Origin: Chiloscyllium plagiosum
Lineage: Eukaryota
Reading direction: 5' to 3'
Assembly: GCF_004010195.1 (NCBI RefSeq)
Contig: NC_057758.1
Location: 4,259,104-4,311,365, forward strand
Length of the DNA: 52,262 nucleotides
This document shows positions 1 through 12,059 of the stretch, piece after piece. Made by a program: the position numbers and the translations under genes. Under the pieces are notes generated by a model that was given only the letters and a program-made list of their open reading frames with translations, made no database searches and was not told the origin of the DNA. How positions within the stretch are numbered: the stretch's first letter is position 1; each line of letters opens with the position of its first letter.

Positions 1-686
1 AGCACACCACTGGTCCTCAACTACCACCCCACCAACCTCCATGTACAGTGTATCATCCGCCGTCATTTCGGCCACCTCCAAAGGGACCCCACCACCAGGG
101 ATATATTTCCCTCCCCTCCCCTATCACCGTTTCGAAAAGACCACTCCCTCCGTGACTCCCTCGTCAGGTCCACACCCCCCACTAACCAAACCTCCACTCC
201 CGGCACCTTCCCCTGCAACCGCATGAAATGCAAAACTTGCGCCCACACCTCCACCCTTACTTCCCTCCAAGGCCCCAAGGGATACTTCCATATCCGCAAC
301 AAATTCAACTGCACCTCAACACACATCATCCATTGCATCCGCTGCACCCGGTGTGGCCGCCTCTATATTGGGGAGACAGGCCGCCTACTTGCGGACCGTT
401 TCAGAGAACACCTCTGGGACACCCGGACCGACCAACCCCACCACCCCGTGGCTCAACACTTCAACTCCCCCTCCCACTCCACCAAGGACATGCAGGTACT
501 TGGACTCCTCCATCGCCAGGCCATAGCAACACGACTGTTGGAGGAAGAGCGCCTCATCTTCCACCTAGGAATCCTCCATTCACAAGGGATGAACTCAGCT
601 TTCTCCAGTTTCCTCATTTCCCCTCCCTCCTGTTCCTTGGATGCTGCCTGACCTGCTGCGTTTTTCCAGCAACACATTTTCAGCTA
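1..686 (+). mobile_element. Penelope-like element (PLE) 3' end: Zn-linker/GIY-YIG endonuclease plus pseudo-LTR remnant
   Basis: ORF 223..651 has CKTC...CIRCTRC..LYIGETGR.L..RF.EH...PVAQHFN...RLLEEE.LI..LG...QGMN, typical of PLE GIY-YIG. It is followed by the pLTR sequence ccttggatgctgcctgacctgctgcg (629-686). Confidence 0.92.
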
Positions 687-714
687 CTTCCCTGATAATA
701 TGCCGAGGCACATT

Positions 715-977
715 GAGTGTCTGTGTATGTGTATCTATATGTACCTGTCTTTGACTGCCTATTTGTGTGTATGTTTTGCTATGCATGCGTACAAATAATT
801 GTGATTTTTTTGTTTATATATGCGTGCGTGTCACTGTATGTAGCTGCGTCTGTGTCTCTGTGTGTATGTGCGTCTCTGTTCGTGTTCGTGACAAAAATAA
901 TCTGCCTGCAACAGGGCACAATTTGAATAAAGGAATGAAAACATGATGGATGAAAGGCTTAGACTCTCTGTCTCTCA

Positions 978-1012
<35 letters not shown>

Positions 1013-1070
1013 TCGCGCACACACGCACACACACAGACTCTCTCTCTATCTGTCTCTCTATCTCCGTGTG
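715..1070. repeat. Degenerate (TG)n, (CT)n and (CA)n microsatellites
   Basis: Visible dinucleotide runs; mirrored at 22680-23005. Confidence 0.9.
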
Positions 1071-1627
1071 TTCTTGCGTTTAGTGGTACAAGGCCACTCT
1101 CTGTTAACCTTCCGAGATGACTGCAAAAAATAGCAGAATTTTTGTTTCGGTGAAATCATCAAATCCTGATAATTTATCAGTTTACACATCTGATTTGGTT
1201 TTCGAAGAATGTCTTTGGGGACTCAGAGTAACGTTGTGCAATCACTTGTGATATGAGCCATGCGAGATTAACAGAAGGAGATGAACGTGAATAATTGAAG
1301 GAAGTGAATTGTTTTACTGGTTGCTATCCCGGGGAATTTTGCCTTACTATGGACAATGCTGATTGTTTATTCGATATGAAGATGCATGTATATCTTTGAT
1401 TACAGTCCGACATGGATGCCTGACCTTTTTTGTGACATATCTTTTGTGCTGCATTTGCTGAGTTGCTGTAAAAAAAGTTATCATTATGTTGTGTCTGAGA
1501 CTAAGTTCACCGAGCAGTTGAAGAATATGCTGAATTGTCTTTTAAACAAAATGTTAAATGCATTAAACAGTGAGAATAATTAAAATACTTACTATCTCTG
1601 AAATCTGTTGAGAATCCTTTTTTCACA

Positions 1628-1651
1628 TCATTTCATGACGTCATGAAATGA
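1628..1651. promoter_or_regulatory. 24-bp perfect palindrome centred on a CRE (TGACGTCA), overlapping an AP-1 site TGACTCA (1649-1655); function unproven
   Basis: Sequence tcatttcatgacgtcatgaaatga is self-complementary; identical copy at 22091-22114. Confidence 0.4.
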
Positions 1652-1842
1652 CTCACATATCGGTCACTGGTGCAGATTCCATCGCTGTACACCTGATTCT
1701 GTATCAAATGCTTACTTGCCTCTGTCCGACATCACATCCCATAAGGCGTCATCATGTGTACCAAATATTCCTCTTCATTGTGCTTTTCGGTGCTCGTTCT
1801 GGCTCCGTTACTGAGTGCAGTGGTTTTTTCATGGCAGAAGAA

Positions 1843-2040
1843 GGTGAGGACTGCATATAGTGAAGATCAGAGTCGAGAGTGGTTTGCTGCAAAAGCACAG
1901 AAGGTCAGGCAACATGCAAGAAGCAAGAGAATGGACGTTCCGGGCATAAGCCCTTATTGATGTAGGTCCCTAGCCTGAAACGTCGATTCTTCTGGTCCTC
2001 GGTTGCTACCTAACCGGTTGTGATTTTCCAGTGCCGCACT
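1843..2040. mobile_element. Degenerate head-to-head PLE pseudo-LTR fold-back
   Basis: gtgaggactgca...ggtcaggcaacat...gacgttccgggcataagccc followed by the opposite-strand copy ctgaaacgtcgattct...ttccagtgc. Same layout as 13943-14160; mirrored at about 21700-21900. Confidence 0.75.
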
Positions 2041-2069
2041 ACCACTTTTTCAAAGTGGCATACAATCCT

Positions 2070-2620
2070 CACACCAATTGCCATTCAGAACGTGGCGATG
2101 AACTCCCTCACTTGAGGCACTGCACTCTGTGCTGGGGTCAAATCATGCGATGGTGCTGTCAGGAAGCAATGCACACAGTTCTGTCCCCATTATTGTGAAC
2201 AAACGCTCATGTCGTTCTATGTCTTGATGCGTTCTGGTTTGAAAGTGACCATCAAGTTATCACTAGATTTGCCGTCTCTTTTATTCTATTGTTACTGATC
2301 ATGGCTGTAGAGAGTGCTACCAAAGAGATCTTTATGAGCCGCAAAGGTGTATATTGTACAAGGTGCACACTGCTGACCCTACGGGGATAGAGCAGATTGT
2401 CATTTTTCAAGTGTTCAACAGATTATTAATCAAACGGCGAATTGTATCCTATGTAGAATCAAGAGTTGATGCTATGGATGATGTAACACCAGGATAAATG
2501 TTGTTTTCAGGTTCAGCTAGAAATGAGTGGTGAACACAGGATGTTACTTGTGCAACATTTCGTGATGGGAACATCAATGTGCATCAAGGCCGTGGCGGCG
2601 GGTCCTGTTTTTGATTTCAT
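2070..2620. mobile_element. Very old LINE (CR1/L2 group) relic
   Basis: 2070-2230 resembles the antisense of the LINE 3' end seen at 34390-34600. DGNINVHQ (about 2565-2590) resembles the APE motif GDFNVHH. Heavily decayed. Confidence 0.4.
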
Positions 2621-3129
2621 TTTGTTCGAATTCGGACTTTACTTAAAACGGTGTGAAACAAAGTTCCCTTGCTTTTTGTCAGCACAAGCCTGACAGTTCT
2701 CTGTGTCTTTCTGAATTTGAACCTATAGTGGTTCCGTAAAAATGTATCTGACCAAGCTCCTTTCTACAATTCTAGCTGTGACTAGAGATGGAAAAGTAAG
2801 CAGCCAAAGGAAAGGGGATCTTCCATAATCTTCCATAATCCTTCCTCGAGGATTGAGGAGACGAGCACGTCAGATTATATCCAAAGGTTGAGGCAATTGC
2901 ATTCATTTTGCGTGATATGATTCATTCATTGTAGGATCACTGAGCTTTGTCTATCGCATTTAGAATACTTAAAACGGATCAGAGATGTTGTCTTCATATA
3001 AATAACTGTTTTATGAGTTGTTGATCAGATACCCACATAAACTGTTGCATTTTCACCTCCCCACCACATGATCTGCCTCTGTAGAGATAAAAACGTTATG
3101 TGGACTCCCAAAAAATGAGAGATTACATG

Positions 3130-3480
3130 TTTCTGAAAATAGCCAAGTGCCAAATTTACAAGCAGTTGCCAATGTGTATAACATAGTTGCCAGTGGCACC
3201 AACTTAGCAATTAACAGCGAAGAAATTATGGTTGCCCTGGCTGACATTTTTGCATCGGTGTTAGCCACGAGTGAACTCCCAGAAGACTAGACGATAGCGA
3301 TTATTGTGCACTTATTAGAGAAGGGCTACTTAGTACATCCTTGGATCTACACAGCAGCAAAACAAACATCTGTGTTAGTAAGGTTACATTCTAACAGTTA
3401 ATATATGCAAGCATTTGGATAGACAGGTTTTGATTAAAAATAGTTAGCATATCTTGGTGCGTGCGAGACCATGCCCCACA
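3130..3480 (+). mobile_element. CR1 LINE ORF2 fragment (RT N-terminal region)
   Basis: Decayed EI..AL.DIF.S.LATSE.PED*.IA.IV.L..KG, matching the CR1 motif EIAEALxxIFxSSLxTGEVPEDWRxANVVPLFKKG. Confidence 0.7.
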
Positions 3481-3489
3481 AGTTTGGGA

Positions 3490-4075
3490 GAACATAGAAC
3501 GTAGAACAGCATAGTAATATAAAGTCCCTTCGGTCCTCGATGCTTTGCCAGCCTTTTATCATACTCTGAGATCAAACAAACCTACAGATCCTTCACTGAA
3601 TCAACTTTCATGTGCCTATCCACGAGTCGCTTAAATGTCCCTAATGTATCTGACTCTACTACCACAGTTCGCAGTGCAGTGCACGCACCCGCCACTATCT
3701 GTGTAAAGAACCTACCCCTGACATCTCCCCTTAAACTTCTTCCAATCAGCTTAAATTTGTGACCATTTCATGATAGACATCTCCTGGGAAAATGCCTCTG
3801 GCTATCGTTACTTCTCATCACCTTGCACACCTCGATGAAGTCATCCTTCTTAACTCCAAAAGAGAAAAGTCTGAGCTGCGTCAAACTTTCTTTAGAATGT
3901 TCTCCAGTTCAGACCGCATCGTGTTAAATCTCTGCTAAAGCTTCCACACCACTCCTGTAATGAGACGAGCAGAACTGAATATAATATTCCAAGTGTTTTG
4001 AACCTGGGTTCTATAGAACAGTAGCATAATGTCACAGATGTTAAACTCAATCCTCCTTCTAATGAAAGCCAATGT
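3490..4075 (-). mobile_element. CR1 LINE 3' end
   Basis: Antisense CR1 terminal repeat (catagaac)n at about 3490-3510, followed by antisense 3'UTR and ORF2 C-terminus. Confidence 0.75.
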
Positions 4076-4079
4076 AAAT

Positions 4080-6616
4080 TGTGGTTGCAGTGCCAAGAGG
4101 TCAGAAATATGGTTTCAAGGTAGCAAGAGTTTACTGGCAAGTAGGAAGGTGGTCTGAAGAGAGTCTACATCAATGCCAGGAGCATCCGGAATAAGGTGGG
4201 TGAACTTGCAGCAGAGGTTGTTACCTGTTACTTCGATGTTATGACCATTTTAGAGACATGAATAGAGCAGGGACAGTAATGTTTGTTGCAGGATCCGGAT
4301 TTAGATGTTTCAGAAAGAACAGATAAGATGGTAAAAGATGGAGTGGTGTGGCATTGTTCATCAAGAACATTATTACGGTGACAGACAGGATGCTTGAATA
4401 CTCGTCTACTGACAATACGGGCAGAGGTTCGAAACAGGAAAAGAGAGCTCACCCTTTGGGAGTTTGCTACTGGCCAGGTGTTAGATTTGGTGGTATGTGA
4501 ACACTTTGGCGATGGTGACCACAATTCGGTTATGTTTCCTTCAGCGATGGAAAGCTTTAGTTTTATAACACAGGACATCGGTTATTGGTGGGGTAAAGGC
4601 AAATATGATGCGGTTAGGCAAGTTTAATGATGCGTAAGATGCGAAAGAAAACTGCAGTGATGGGCGCAATTGAAATGTGGAGTTTATTCAAGGAACAGCG
4701 ACTGTGTGTCAGGCAGGGAAGAACTGGGCGAGCGAGGGAGCCGCAGTTTATTGAAGAAGTTGAATCATTTGTCAAGCCAAAGAAGAAGACTTATGTTAGG
4801 ATGAGACGTGAAAGGTCATTTAGGGTGCTTGAAAGATACAAGTTAGCCATTGAAGACATAAAGAGAGAGTTCAGAAGAACCAGGAATGGTCATGAGACAT
4901 CGCTGGTGGATAAGATCAATGCAAACCCTAAATCATCCTACCGGTGTAACAGAAATAAAAGGATAACTAGAGAAAGATTAGGGTCAATCAATGAAAGTTG
5001 TGGGAAGTTGTGTGTGGAGTCCAAGGAAATAGGGAAAGTCATAAATATATAACTTTCGTCAGTGTTCACACACGAAAAGGACAATGTTTTCAAAGAGAAT
5101 ACTGAGATATAGTCTAGTGGACGAGATGGGATTTATGTTCGCAAGGAAGAGGTCTTAGCTATTCTGGAAAGTCTGAAAATAAATAAGTACCTTCGACCAG
5201 ATAGGATTTATCCGAGGATTTTCTGGGATGTCGGGGAGGAGATTGCAGAGCTTTTTGCTTTGATCTTTATGTCGCTCTTGTCTACAAGGGTAATGCCAGA
5301 AGACTGGCGAGTAGCAAATGTCTTCCCTTTATTCAAATATGGTAGCGGGTGGAGTGAACCACAGAAATTATGGTCCAGTGTGCTTTACTTTGTGTGTGCG
5401 TAGTGATGGACAAAGATTATAAAAGATAGGATTTAGAATCATCTTGAGAGGAATAAATCGATTAGGGATAGTTCACACGGTTTTTCAAAGCGAGGTCTTG
5501 CCTCGTACACTTTATTGATTTCTTTGAGATGGTGCGAAAATGGTTAGATGAGGGTAAAGCGGTCGATGTGGTGTATGGGGATTTCAATAATGCTATTACT
5601 TCCCCACAATAGACTGCTGCACAAAATTGAGGACGATTTAGCGGTTTCGACCAGAAGTTGGCCATTAAAAGTAGACAGAGCGTGGTCATTGATGGGAAAT
5701 ATTCATCCTGGAGTTCCGTTACTCGTGATGTACTGCAACGATCTGTTTCGGGCTACTGCTGATTATNNNNNNNNNNNNNNNNNNNNNNNNNNNNNNNNNN
5801 NNNNNNNNNNNNNNNNNNNNNNNNNNNNNNNNNNNNNNNNNNNNNNNNNNNNNNNNNNNNNNNNNNNNNNNNNNNNNNNNNNNNNNNNNNNNNNNNNNNN
5901 NNNNNNNNNNNNNNNNNNNNNNNNNNNNNNNNNNNNNNNNNNNNNNNNNNNNNNNNNNNNNNNNNNNNNNNNNNNNNNNNNNNNNNNNNNNNNNNNNNNN
6001 NNNNNNNNNNNNNNNNNNNNNNNNNNNNNNNNNNNNNNNNNNNNNNNNNNNNNNNNNNNNNNNNNNNNNNNNNNNNNNNNNNNNTCTATTGGTAGATGGA
6101 CTGTGTTTCGGATCTAGGAAGGATGTGGAAGCTTTGAAACGGGTGCAGAGGTGATTGAATAGGATGTTGCCTGGTTTGAAGGGAAAGTACCATGAGGGAA
6201 GGCTGACCAGTTTGTGGCTGTTTTCATTCGAGAGAGGAAGGCTGAGAGGTGAATGAATTGAGACATGCAATGTAATCAAAAGTTTAGATAGGGTTAACAG
6301 TGACAGTCATTTTGCTGGAATTCTGATGGCTAGCACGAGGGAACATCGCTTTAAATTGAGGGATGATAGATATAGGACAGATGACAGAGGTCGTTTGTTC
6401 ACTCCGAGAGTAATAAGAGTTTGTTCACTCCGAGAGTGCGTGGAACGCACTGACTTCAACAGTAGCCGGCTCGCCAAATTTAAGGGCATTTAAAAGTTCA
6501 TTGATAAACATACTGATGAAAATAGAATAGCTTAGGGCAAATAGGCTTCAGATTGGTTCCAAAGGTCTGTGCAACATCAAGGGCTTGTACTGCACTGTAA
6601 TGTCCAATGTTCTATG
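4080..6616 (+). mobile_element. Decayed CR1 LINE ORF2 (APE endonuclease + RT) through 3' tail
   Basis: YINARSIRNK start, GEHFGDGDHNSV, KINANPKS.Y, GIYPRI...PEDWRVANV, RSCL..., AVDVVY.DF; ends ctgcactgtaatgtccaatgttctatg. Contains gap 5767-6084. Confidence 0.88.
5767..6084. other. Assembly gap (318 N)
   Basis: N run; the mirror segment 17637-17953 is 317 bp. Confidence 0.99.
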
Positions 6617-6619
6617 GTC

Positions 6620-8635
6620 TCGATTCGATGTGCCCGCTTAACAGCCCGAGGAAAGTTTGTGGAAACGTGGAGGGATCTACAGATACGTGTATGTTGACTC
6701 ACACTGTCAACATGCCGGTAATGTACCCTGTATTCTACATTCAACCTGGTCTTTCCAAAGTGAATTACTTCACACATTTCAGGTTGAACTACACCTACGT
6801 CTTATCAGCCAGTTCTGCATTCTGGCAAAGCCCTGTTGCAACCTATTGTAATCTTGCACACCATCCACAACTTCCTCAAACTTCCTCAAACTTCGTATCA
6901 TCGGCAAATTACTAATAACCGATCCACTTCCTCACCCAAGTAATTTGTAAAAATCACAATCAGCAGAGGGGCCAGATCCGATTCCTGTGAACACCACTGG
7001 CCAAAAAGGATCAGGCTAAAAACCTTCCATCAAACACAGCACTCTGTCTCCTGGAGCCTTGCCAACTCTGTATTCAGACAGACAGATATCACTGCATCCC
7101 ATGTCTCATTACTTCCTGAATGAGCCGACCATTGGTATATGTCATCAAACGCCTTGGACACCACATGCTCTACCTTCAGCAACATGTTTTTCTTCACATA
7201 CTCAAAGAAGTCAACAATGTTTTTGAGGCAGTCCTGCTCCACAAATTAAAAACATGATGGCTATGTCAAATCAAGCTACAAATTTAAAGTCCCGAAAATC
7301 TTGTGTCTCAGTATGATCTCTAATACTTCGGCCACCACTGACGGAAGAGTAGCTTGTCTTTAATTCCGAGGATGATCCCTAATCGATTTCTTGAACAACA
7401 TTTGACATCCTCAATTCATCTGGCCCTGTACCAGTGGACAATGAGGGCGCAACGATCATCGCCAAAGACGGAGCTTCTCTTCTCACGCTTTCAGCAGTAA
7501 ACCTCTGCTATATCCCGTCCAGCCCTGGGGATTTACCCATCCTTATGTTTTTCAAAATGTTCAGCCCATCCTCCTTCCTAACATCAAGTTGTTCCAGCAC
7601 ATCAGTCATTTCACTCTGTCCTCCCAAACGTCAAGGACATTCTCAGTTGTGAATAATGAAGCAAAATATTCATTAAGGAGCTCCCCTACTTCCTTCCTCT
7701 TCAGGCATAAAATACCTCCACTATCCTTGATCAAGCATACCCTCACTCTTGCCATAATCTTGTTCCTCACGTAAGTGTACAACGCCTTAGGATTTTCCTT
7801 AATCCTACCCGTTAAAGCTTTTTTCATCTTTCCTTCTATCTCTCTTAAGTCCATTCTTCACTTTCTTCCTGGCACCCTTGTAGTCCTTCAAAGCCCTGTC
7901 AGATCCTTGCCTCATCAACATTATGTAAGCTTCCTTCTTCCATTTGACTAGATGATCCACTTCCCATGTTACCCAAGGCTCTTTCAATCTACTACTCCTT
8001 CCTTGCCTCGGTGGGGCAAACCTGCCCAGCACTATTAGCATGTGCTTCCTAACCGACCTCAACATTTCTGTTGTTCACCTCCCTGAGAACATCCATCCCC
8101 AATTTCGGCAACCCAGTTACTGCCAACTGAAATCGTAGTTCCCATACCGTCTGCTCCTATTCCTCCCTATGGGTATAGTAAACATCAGGGAGTTGTCATC
8201 ACTATCACTAAAATACTCCCCCATTGAGTGATTTGACACGCGGCATGTTTCATTGACTCACACCAAATCCAATATGGCTTCCCTTGAGCCAGCCTATCCA
8301 TGTATTACTCCAGAAACCCTTGCTGACCACAATTGACAAATAATGCTAATTCCAAACAATTTGAATTAAGGAGTTCCAATCAACATTAGAGAAGTTGAAG
8401 TACCTTCTGACAACTGCCTTACTTCTGCACCTCTTGAAAATCTGCCTCCCAATTTGCTCCTCTGCCTCTTTCTTGCTTTTGAGGGGCCTGTAAAAGAAAC
8501 GTCCAATAAAGTGGCTGCTCCTTTCCTGTTTCTGACTTCAAAAAAAAGTGACACTGGAGACAGACCCTCCTCGACGTCTCCAGTTCTGCCGTTGCGATAG
8601 ACTTCCTGATTAGCAATGTCACTCCTCCACCTCTA
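6620..8635 (-). mobile_element. Decayed CR1 LINE ORF2 (mirror of 15152-17125)
   Basis: RIKENPKALYTYVRNK...LNEYFASLFTTE, CLKNIVDFFE, SKFADD.KF motifs on the minus strand. Confidence 0.88.
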
Positions 8636-9135
8636 NNNNNNNNNNNNNNNNNNNNNNNNNNNNNNNNNNNNNNNNNNNNNNNNNNNNNNNNNNNNNNNNN
8701 NNNNNNNNNNNNNNNNNNNNNNNNNNNNNNNNNNNNNNNNNNNNNNNNNNNNNNNNNNNNNNNNNNNNNNNNNNNNNNNNNNNNNNNNNNNNNNNNNNNN
8801 NNNNNNNNNNNNNNNNNNNNNNNNNNNNNNNNNNNNNNNNNNNNNNNNNNNNNNNNNNNNNNNNNNNNNNNNNNNNNNNNNNNNNNNNNNNNNNNNNNNN
8901 NNNNNNNNNNNNNNNNNNNNNNNNNNNNNNNNNNNNNNNNNNNNNNNNNNNNNNNNNNNNNNNNNNNNNNNNNNNNNNNNNNNNNNNNNNNNNNNNNNNN
9001 NNNNNNNNNNNNNNNNNNNNNNNNNNNNNNNNNNNNNNNNNNNNNNNNNNNNNNNNNNNNNNNNNNNNNNNNNNNNNNNNNNNNNNNNNNNNNNNNNNNN
9101 NNNNNNNNNNNNNNNNNNNNNNNNNNNNNNNNNNN
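8636..9135. other. Assembly gap (500 N) at the inner end of arm A
   Basis: N run of round size. Confidence 0.99.
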
Positions 9136-9510
9136 TCCTCAAATAACTCAATAAGATTTGTGAGGCATGACCTTCCCCTCACAAAGCCAGCTGACTGACT
9201 TTAATTACAGTACCCTTTTCCGAAAACTCATAACTCCTGTTCCTCAGAATTCTTTCCAAAACATTGCTGCCCAGAGGCGTTATACTGACTGGTTTGTAAT
9301 TGTCAGGGATTTCCCTATCACTCCTTTTGAAAAGAGGAACAACATTCGCCTCCTTCCAATCATCTGGTACGACCCCCATGGAGAGTGAGGAAGCAAAGCT
9401 CTTCGACAGTGGCTTAGCACCCTCCTTTCTTGCTTCACGGATCAGCCTAGGATAACTCTGGTCTGGCCTTAGGGACTTATCAACAATAATGCTTGTCAAA
9501 ATGTCCAAGC
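9136..9510 (-). mobile_element. CR1 RT fragment
   Basis: ORF 9179..9508: VPDDWKEANVVPLFKR...NYKPVSIT, then RGRSCLTNLIELFE. Confidence 0.9.
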
Positions 9511-9914
9511 ATTTCGTGAAGGATGAGAGATAGAGAGAGGGAGAGAGAGAGAGGACATTGACAACATTTTAACAGGAATTCTCAGGTTTCACAGGACATG
9601 ACATATCCTGGGGCTGGAGAGGGAGAATGTTACGGCAGTCTTCTTCTCACGATCTTTCTTTGGGCTCGTCCAGTATCTCTCTCGCTTGTTCGAACTTTCT
9701 CTGTGTCTCCATGTTTTTACCAGCAAAGGTTTGGCAACCGAAAGCGTATTTTCAAAAGTCTATGATTAATGATTCATTCATTCCATCTATTGTCCTGTCA
9801 CCAGTCAACTTCGAGTCTGAGAGTGTTGATAAAATTTAGCAAAAATGAGCTGTCCCTGAATATGACTCTGCAGCTCGCTGTCAACCTATGGTTTCATTTT
9901 CAAATGCCACCGAG

Positions 9915-12055
9915 ACATTAACCGCTTTCAACCTGTCTACCCCCCTCCCACACTCCAACTTCTCACTATCACAACCCGCAGCTCTCCAATCCAACTGCTC
10001 CAATCCCAACCTCACCATCAAGTCAACAGATAAAGGGGGCACAGTGATAGTTTGGCGCACTGATCTCTACACCGCTGAAGCCAGATGCCAAATCGAGGAC
10101 ACCTCCTCCTACCGCCTTATCGACCATGACCCCACCACTAATAACCAAACCATCATCTCCCAGACCATAAAGAACCTCATCACCTCAGGAGATCTCCCAC
10201 ACACAGCTTCCAGCCTCATAGTCCGGGAACCCCGCACTGCCAGGTTCTACCTCCATCCCAAGATCCACAAACCTGACCACCCCAGCCGACCCATTGTCTC
10301 AGCATGTCCCTGCCCCAACTGAACTTATCTCTACTTAAATCGACACTGTGCTATCCTCCTTGTCCAGGAACTACCCTCATACGTTTGAGACACCACCCAT
10401 GCCCTCCACCTCCTCCAAGGCTTCAGTTTCCCCGGCCCCAACGCCTCATCCTCACTATGGATATCCAATCGCTCTATACCTCCATGACCAGGGCCTCCAA
10501 GCTCTCCGTTTCTTCCTCTACCGACCTCCCCAACAGCACCCTTGCACCGACACTCTCAGTCGTTTGGCCAAACTGGTCCGCACTCTTAAGAATTTCCTTT
10601 TCGAATCCTCCCACTTCCTCCAGACCAAAGGGGTAGCCATGAGCACACGTATGGGCCCCAGCTATGCCTGTCTCTGTTGGCTACGTAGAAAAGTTCATCT
10701 TCCGTAGTTACACCGGCACCACTCCCCACCTCTTCCTCCGCTACATGATGACTGCATTCGCGCCACCCCGTGATCCCACGAGTAGGTTGAGTAATTCATC
10801 AAGTTCACCAACACATTCAACCCTGACCTTAATTTTACGTGCACCATCTCTAACACCTTTTCCCCCTTCCTAGAACCCGCCATCTCCATTAATGAAGACA
10901 GACTTGACACCGACAATTTTACAAACCCAGACTCCCACAGCTAACTGGATTACACCTCTTCCCACCCTACATCCTGCAAAAATCCCATCAGGTACTCCCA
11001 ATTCCTCCACATCCGCCGTATCTGCTCCCCGGAGGACCAGTTCCACCACAGAACACATCAGAGGGCCTCCTTCTTTAGAGAACACAATTTCCCTTCCCAC
11101 GTGTTTAAAGATGCCCTGCAACGTATCTCGTCTACATCCCGCACGACTGCTCTCAGACCCCACACCTCCCACCGTAACAAGGACAGTACCCCCCTGGTGC
11201 TCACCTTGCACACTACCAACCTTAGTATAAACCAAATCCTCCACCGACGTTTCCCCCAACTCCAAACGGACCCCACCACCAGGAATATATTTCCCTCCCC
11301 ACTGCTTTCCACCTTCTGCAAAGACTGTTCCCTCCGTGACAACCTCGTCTGGTCCACGCCCCCAAACAACCCACACACGGTGAGTCTTGTCACCTTCCCC
11401 TGCCACCGCAGGAATTGCAAAACCTGTGCCCACACCTCCTCCCTCACCTCCATTCAAGGCCCTCAAGGAGCCTTCCACATCTATCAAAGTTTTATGTGCA
11501 CATCCACCAATATCATTTATTGTATGCGTTGCTACCGATGCAGTCTCTTCCACATTGGAGACTGGACACCACCTAGCAGAGCACTATAGGGAACATCTCC
11601 GAGACACCCGCACCAATCACCCACACAAAACATATTGCCCAACATTTCAACTCCCCCTCCGACTCTGCCGAGGACATGCAGTGTCCTGAGCCTCCTTTAC
11701 CGCCGCTCCCTCACCACCAGAAGCCTGTAGGAAGAATGCCTCATCTTCCACCTCAGAACACTTCAACCCCAGGGTATCAATGTGGACTTCACCAGTTTCC
11801 TCATTTCCCCTTTCCCACCTCACCCCAGTGCCAAACTTCCAGCTCAGTCTATGATACTTTCTCCCCACCCCCACCCTCCTCTCATTTATCTCTCCAACCT
11901 TCAGTCACTCTGACTGTATTTCTGATGAAGGGCCTCTTCCAGAAACGTCGACTTTTCTATTCCTCGGATGCTGCCAGATCTGCTGTGCTTTTCCAGCACG
12001 ACTCTACTCCAGAATCTGGTTTCCAGCATCTGCAGTCATTGTTATTACCTAGTTT
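9915..12055 (+). mobile_element. 5'-truncated, frameshifted Penelope-like element (RT, GIY-YIG, pLTR)
   Basis: TIKSTDKGGTVIVW, PKIHK...RPIVS, LTMDIQSLYTS, QTKGVAMSTRMGPSYACL, FLRY, CKTC, GIY-YIG remnant; pLTR tail with ggatgctgcc...ccagcatctgcagtc. Confidence 0.93.
11922..11949 (+). ncRNA. Degenerate minimal hammerhead ribozyme motif in PLE pLTR
   Basis: ctgatga-agggcctcttcca-gaaacgtc: core boxes CUGAUGA and GAAA..UC are present, but stem II is disrupted. Confidence 0.55.
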
Positions 12056-12059
12056 TTTC

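Larger units (their letters stand above)
1..8635 (+). repeat. Large inverted repeat, arm A (left arm of palindrome 1; truncated by window start)
   Basis: Reverse complement matches 15152-23538 collinearly. Anchors: 1<->23538, 677<->23042, 1628<->22114, 5766<->17954, 8635<->15152. Mirrored ORF pairs include 4627..5052(+)/18668..19093(-) and 7606..7854(-)/15921..16169(+). Confidence 0.97.

Noticed and set aside
2511..2800. Acceptor/donor-bounded block (ttttcag...gtaag) in arm A
   Set aside because: Stops in all frames, and partly resembles an old LINE endonuclease remnant.
10870..11553. Long G/V/E-rich antisense ORFs over PLEs (also 23905..24378, 25309..25629)
   Set aside because: Shadow frames of C-rich PLE coding sequence.
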